From: the human T2T-CHM13v2.0 reference genome, Homo sapiens
Length of the DNA: 64,000 nt
Reading direction: 5' to 3' (one strand)
Assembly (NCBI RefSeq): GCF_009914755.1
Contig: NC_060929.1
Below the pieces are notes generated by a model, which saw only the letters and a list, made by a program, of their open reading frames with translations, was not told the origin of the DNA and did no database searches. Below are positions 61,280-64,000 of this stretch, piece after piece (the first letter of the stretch is position 1; every line of letters begins with the position of its first letter). A program made the position numbers and the translations under genes.

Positions 61280-62590
61280 TTTCAGTGGCACCAGGCTTCC
61301 TTGGCCCTTCTCTTACTTCTCTACTGGGCCTCTATTCAATTCTATTTGTAGGATTCTCTAGTGTGCCCTCCATGAATGTTGGTGTACCTCAAGGCTCTAC
61401 CCTTTGCCTTTTCTTCTTGTCCACACTGCCTAGGCAGTTTCATCTGCAAACATGTAACTATCATCTATAAATTCATCTATAAACACATACCCACATCCCT
61501 GCTAAGCTCCAGGGCCCTATGCCCAGTAGCACACTCTCCACAGCAGCTGAAAAGTCACTCATGCACCTTGCAGTTATCATTCATCACAATTGAACTCAAC
61601 ACCCCCACACCTACTCTACCTTCAAAATTTATTATCTCAGGAAAATATACCATCATCCATGTAGTTACATAGGACAAATCTCAAAGATATCTTAGGTTTC
61701 TCTCTCTCTTTCCTATCCAGCCCCAACATCCCACATCAAATCAATTACCAAGATGGTCAATTCTACATTTCAAGGCATCTCATAACTCTCCCTTCCATTT
61801 CCTTGAGTCTGCCCTGGTTCAGGCATTTATCATTTCTCACTGAGATTACTGTGAAAACCTCCTTAACAGATTTCCCAAGCCTTGGTGTTGTCCTCATTCA
61901 GTCCATTCTCCATAGTACTGTCAGAATGATATTTTTAATGCAAAAAGATGACTATGACACTCTCAAGTTTCAGACTCTCAAAAGTTCTCAACTACTTTAG
62001 GGCATAAAAATCTAATCCCATTTGCATGGCATGAAAAGTTCTTCTCACTCTGATTTTGGCCTATTTATTCAGGGTTATCTCTTGCCACTTCCTTGCTCAG
62101 ACTTTACTCCCCTGAAATACTGAACCATTTGTAGCATCATGAATGATTCAGGTTCTATATGTTTGCACCTTTATTATACACTACTCCCTCTATGGCGGTG
62201 TTCTCCTCTGACTCTTTCCCCTTTGTCAAAATACCTCAAACACCTTTCATTGCCAGCTCAGTCATTATCTTCTTCATAAAACCTTCTCTCACTCTTGCAG
62301 GTAGGGATAGATAATCCTTTTCCTGTTTCTCTGTTTTTTGTACATACATTTATTATAGCAGCTATAGAAATATCTCTTTCAGATATTATCGAAACTAATT
62401 GATTGGAAGTCAATGGTACTGTTTATACTAAAAGAGTATCATACTGTATTCTCTCTGTTTGCATGGTTATCTCCTTAAGAAACTGACTGCTTTGACAATG
62501 GGACATAGAATCTTCATCTCTGTAACCCCAGAGCCTAATATAATCACAGGGGCCCACTAGCTCTCAGTTAACATTTATTAAATTAATGAA
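61280..62590 (+). mobile_element. L2 LINE, ~1.3 kb 3' part
   Basis: aatgttggtgtacctcaaggctct, cccacatcaaatcaattaccaag, ccctggttcaggc, ends catttattaaattaatgaa. Confidence 0.85.
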
Positions 62591-63009
62591 ACCTTGTATT
62601 ATCTGTATCAGTCATGCAATCCATAATGATCAATAATATCATAGTTGTTACCCTCCACTTCCCACTGCCAACATATCCATAAACAAAATGAGAATAATTC
62701 AACCTATTTTGTAGTGTAGTTAAATTTTTTTAAATGAACTAGATTTAGGTATGCCTATTTGTACATAAAGATAGGGCTACTGGCACAGTTATGAACCAAC
62801 TGAATTATATCTTGGTATATCACAACGATTAATATTGATGTAAAGATAGTAAGACAAAAAAACATTTCAGGTCAGATTTAAGATTTTACATGAAATTATC
62901 ACTGGTGGAAAACCAACAGATTCCATATCAGATGGATCCCAGGAGAAATGTGGGACTGACACAATGTGGAATAAGAATTACAGAGTTTACAAAATCAGTG
63001 TCAGCAATA

Positions 63010-63066
63010 TGCGTGTGTGTGTGTGCACGCACACGTGTGCGTGTGTGCATATACACACACATACAC
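63010..63066. repeat. Alternating purine-pyrimidine (TG/CG/CA) tract
   Basis: gcgtgtgtgtgtgtgcacgcacacgtgtgcgtgtgtgcatatacacacacatacac. Confidence 0.9.
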
Positions 63067-64000
63067 CAAGCTTCAGGCCATTTCTGTATTTTAAAAATAA
63101 TTTTGACTAAGCTGTTTTAAAAAGACAATCTGTTAAGTTTATGCATCCTAGCTCAGCTGAATTACATCCGAGGGCAATGAGAAAAATTGCTGGCAAGATC
63201 ACCAGACACTGTTGGAAGACTATTTTAGATCGTTATTTGGAAGCTGTTTGTACACAGGCACATAACAGCTGCACTCCACTTCAATCCAATTCGGGTCCTT
63301 GCAATTTACTCTAGGATGTGACAATCCCCAGTAAACTACATGAGAAGAGAACAATGCAATCATTATTTACCCAAACTGTAATGCATTCCTTATTCCAGGA
63401 GTGGAATTAAATAAATAACTGAATGGAAGGGTTCATGTGTGAAGGATTGAAGTGCCTGCACATGCAACTTTTATTTAAGGTTTGTGGTAGAATGATGCAG
63501 AAAATGATTTTAATATTGAAGAATTTGAATACTAGTGGAGTTTTTTTTTAAAGCATGAAGATTAAAACCACTTAATTCCTGAGTATTTATTAATGTCATA
63601 TAACTCTGGATAACATACCAAAAAACATACAGGAAGGAGAAACAGCTAAGTGATAGACAAGAGAGAGAAAATTCACCTTAAACAACTCGAGCATTTCCTC
63701 TAGGAAAGAAGAAAGACCGAAAGAAGGAAGGAATCCAGAACTTGTATAATACCCTATACAACCCACTTACAGGGTGTTGGCTACCTCCTGGCCAGGAGGG
63801 CAACCGACAAGCCCTTGCCAACCCTAAAGGCAGAGGCAGCATGGCTCACCAGGAGCATACACTTGGAACTCAAAAGTTCCGGGATTTTGAAATTCACTTG
63901 TATTATTACCAGCTGAGACAATCTGATCAAAATAATCTTTTCGGTCCCATTTCTACGTATGAAAATTAGCTTTGAAATATGATAATGCCTTGCAAGGTAA

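Noticed and set aside
63224-63335. Minus-strand acceptor plus Cys/Trp-containing short frame (YWGLSHPRVNCKDPNW...)
   Set aside because: Short, unrecognised, and with no supporting upstream exon in the window.

Overview
This is primate (human-like), AT-rich intronic or intergenic DNA, not prokaryotic. It is dominated by decayed transposable elements: about 29 Alu copies or fragments, one near-full-length ~6.9 kb L1PA on the minus strand with three nested Alus, several 5'-truncated L1s, old L1M/L2/MIR remnants, ERVL/MaLR/ERV1 solo LTRs, and Tigger3 and MER58 DNA transposons. I recognise no protein-coding exon, structural RNA gene, CpG-island promoter or CRISPR array. Almost all ORFs in the track are Alu, L1 or simple-repeat translations; the only real protein homology is to broken L1 ORF1/ORF2. 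I find no support for a novel biological system. The features worth a second look are an internal inversion-deletion in the long L1, two tiny TSD-flanked retroposed inserts, an L1 inserted in a Tigger3 terminal repeat, a near-perfect 108-bp tandem duplication, several perfect template-switch-type hairpins, close inverted Alu pairs, and a speculative chain of minus-strand exon-like segments. Subfamily calls are from memory of consensus sequences, and boundaries of old repeats are approximate.
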